From Leucoraja ocellata (taxonomy: Eukaryota), in NCBI GenBank assembly GCA_036785375.1, contig JAWMAR010000463.1:992001-1056000 (forward strand): a DNA stretch of 64,000 nucleotides, read 5' to 3'. The first letter of the stretch is position 1. Every line of letters starts with the position of its first letter. The translations under genes and the position numbers were made by a program. Of this stretch, positions 62,911-64,000 are shown piece after piece. The notes beneath the pieces were generated by a model. That model saw only the letters and a list, made by a program, of their open reading frames with translations. It was not told the origin of the DNA and searched no databases.

Positions 62911-64000
62911 ATCTGAACAGTGACCAGTCCCACGCATACATCTTGTTTGCTGTAGAAATACAGTGCTTCACTTGTGCTTCGGATGTGGTGCAGTGGCTGA
63001 CCTACTTCAGGGAGCAGCTGATTATCCTTGGCTGAATGCTGGGAGCGGCTGCCTGACTTCCCCTTGTCTGTCACCGGCCACAGCTGTCTAGTTACATCCA
63101 ATCCATGCCGATACCACAGATGTGCAGTCTGATTGGTGGTGATGTTGTGCCAATGCAGGGCCCTGCCACTCCTCCCCACTGTTGCAGCACTGCAGCAGCG
63201 CATGGCTAAAGCCCTGAATGATAAAACATGCACAGTTCAACCCCCCCATCACCCGAAGTGAGAATATATGAACAGAAGTAGCAGTAGGTCATTTGGGCCC
63301 CTCATATCCACATCATCATCATTCAAAAAGAGCACATCTTTGACCTCATTGCCATTTTCCAGCAATAATCCTAATTCCTTACTATCAAAGATTCTACCGA
63401 TCTCTCCCTCGTTCTCAAAGCCCTTTAGGATGGTAAATTTCAAGGGTTTACTGCTCTGTCTGTGAAGAAATTGTGTGTCATCTCAGTCCTGATTCTGACT
63501 GCTTATTTTGGTGTGGTAACCTACACAGAGGGTGGAAATATCTGCACATGATTAATCTGTGGGAACTTTCTCATTCCCAAAGAAAGGTGCTGAAATTCCA
63601 CAATGGTGAGTTGATAATTTCTGTACGGAAAGATAACTTTTGGTGAGACAAAGATCTGCGCCCATTGAGCCAAGATAGGAAAGTCAAGATAGTCGTGCAT
63701 GCACATTGAACACGAGGACAGAGTTAAGGGTCTGAATGGTCTGCAGTGGTCTACCCAATGAACTTTCCTTCTTCCTCCATCCCAGAGCATTGCCTCTATG
63801 CTGCCAGGGCTGTGCATGGGTTAGAGTCTGCAATTTAAATGCCTGTGGGGGCATTGGCATTGTCAAGCTCAGCTAATGGGGCAAGGCAGTGTGGTTCAGT
63901 GTGGAGCAGGAGACCAGGGTGGGAGATGAAGGTGATGATCAAAATAGGGTGTGAGTGTGGGATGAGACAGCTATAGGGTTAGACGTGGACAGTATAATTG

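Overview
Repeat-rich vertebrate genomic DNA. The HE1-type V-SINEs, CR1/HER1 LINEs and Penelope-derived elements point to a cartilaginous fish, probably a skate or ray (inference). Three + strand genes are present. (1) The last four coding exons of PATZ1 (10655-21280); exon 1 lies upstream of the window, and exon 4 can only be joined in frame through a GC donor. (2) A complete 12-exon SLC2A11 (GLUT11)-like transporter (40816-55780; 1509 nt, 502 aa, all phases compatible). (3) Exon 1 of MIF (59461-59568). The rest is introns and intergenic DNA with CR1, Rex/Babar, L2, RTE, Penelope, Tc1/pogo and hAT relics, plus one 196-N gap. The best leads are a family of short, often palindromic Penelope-derived inserts carrying hammerhead-ribozyme-like cores and 9-14 bp flanking duplications, a five-unit minisatellite of CTCF-like motifs at the MIF promoter, and unusual substrate-pocket residues in the GLUT11-like protein. 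All protein and repeat assignments were made from recalled sequences, not database searches.
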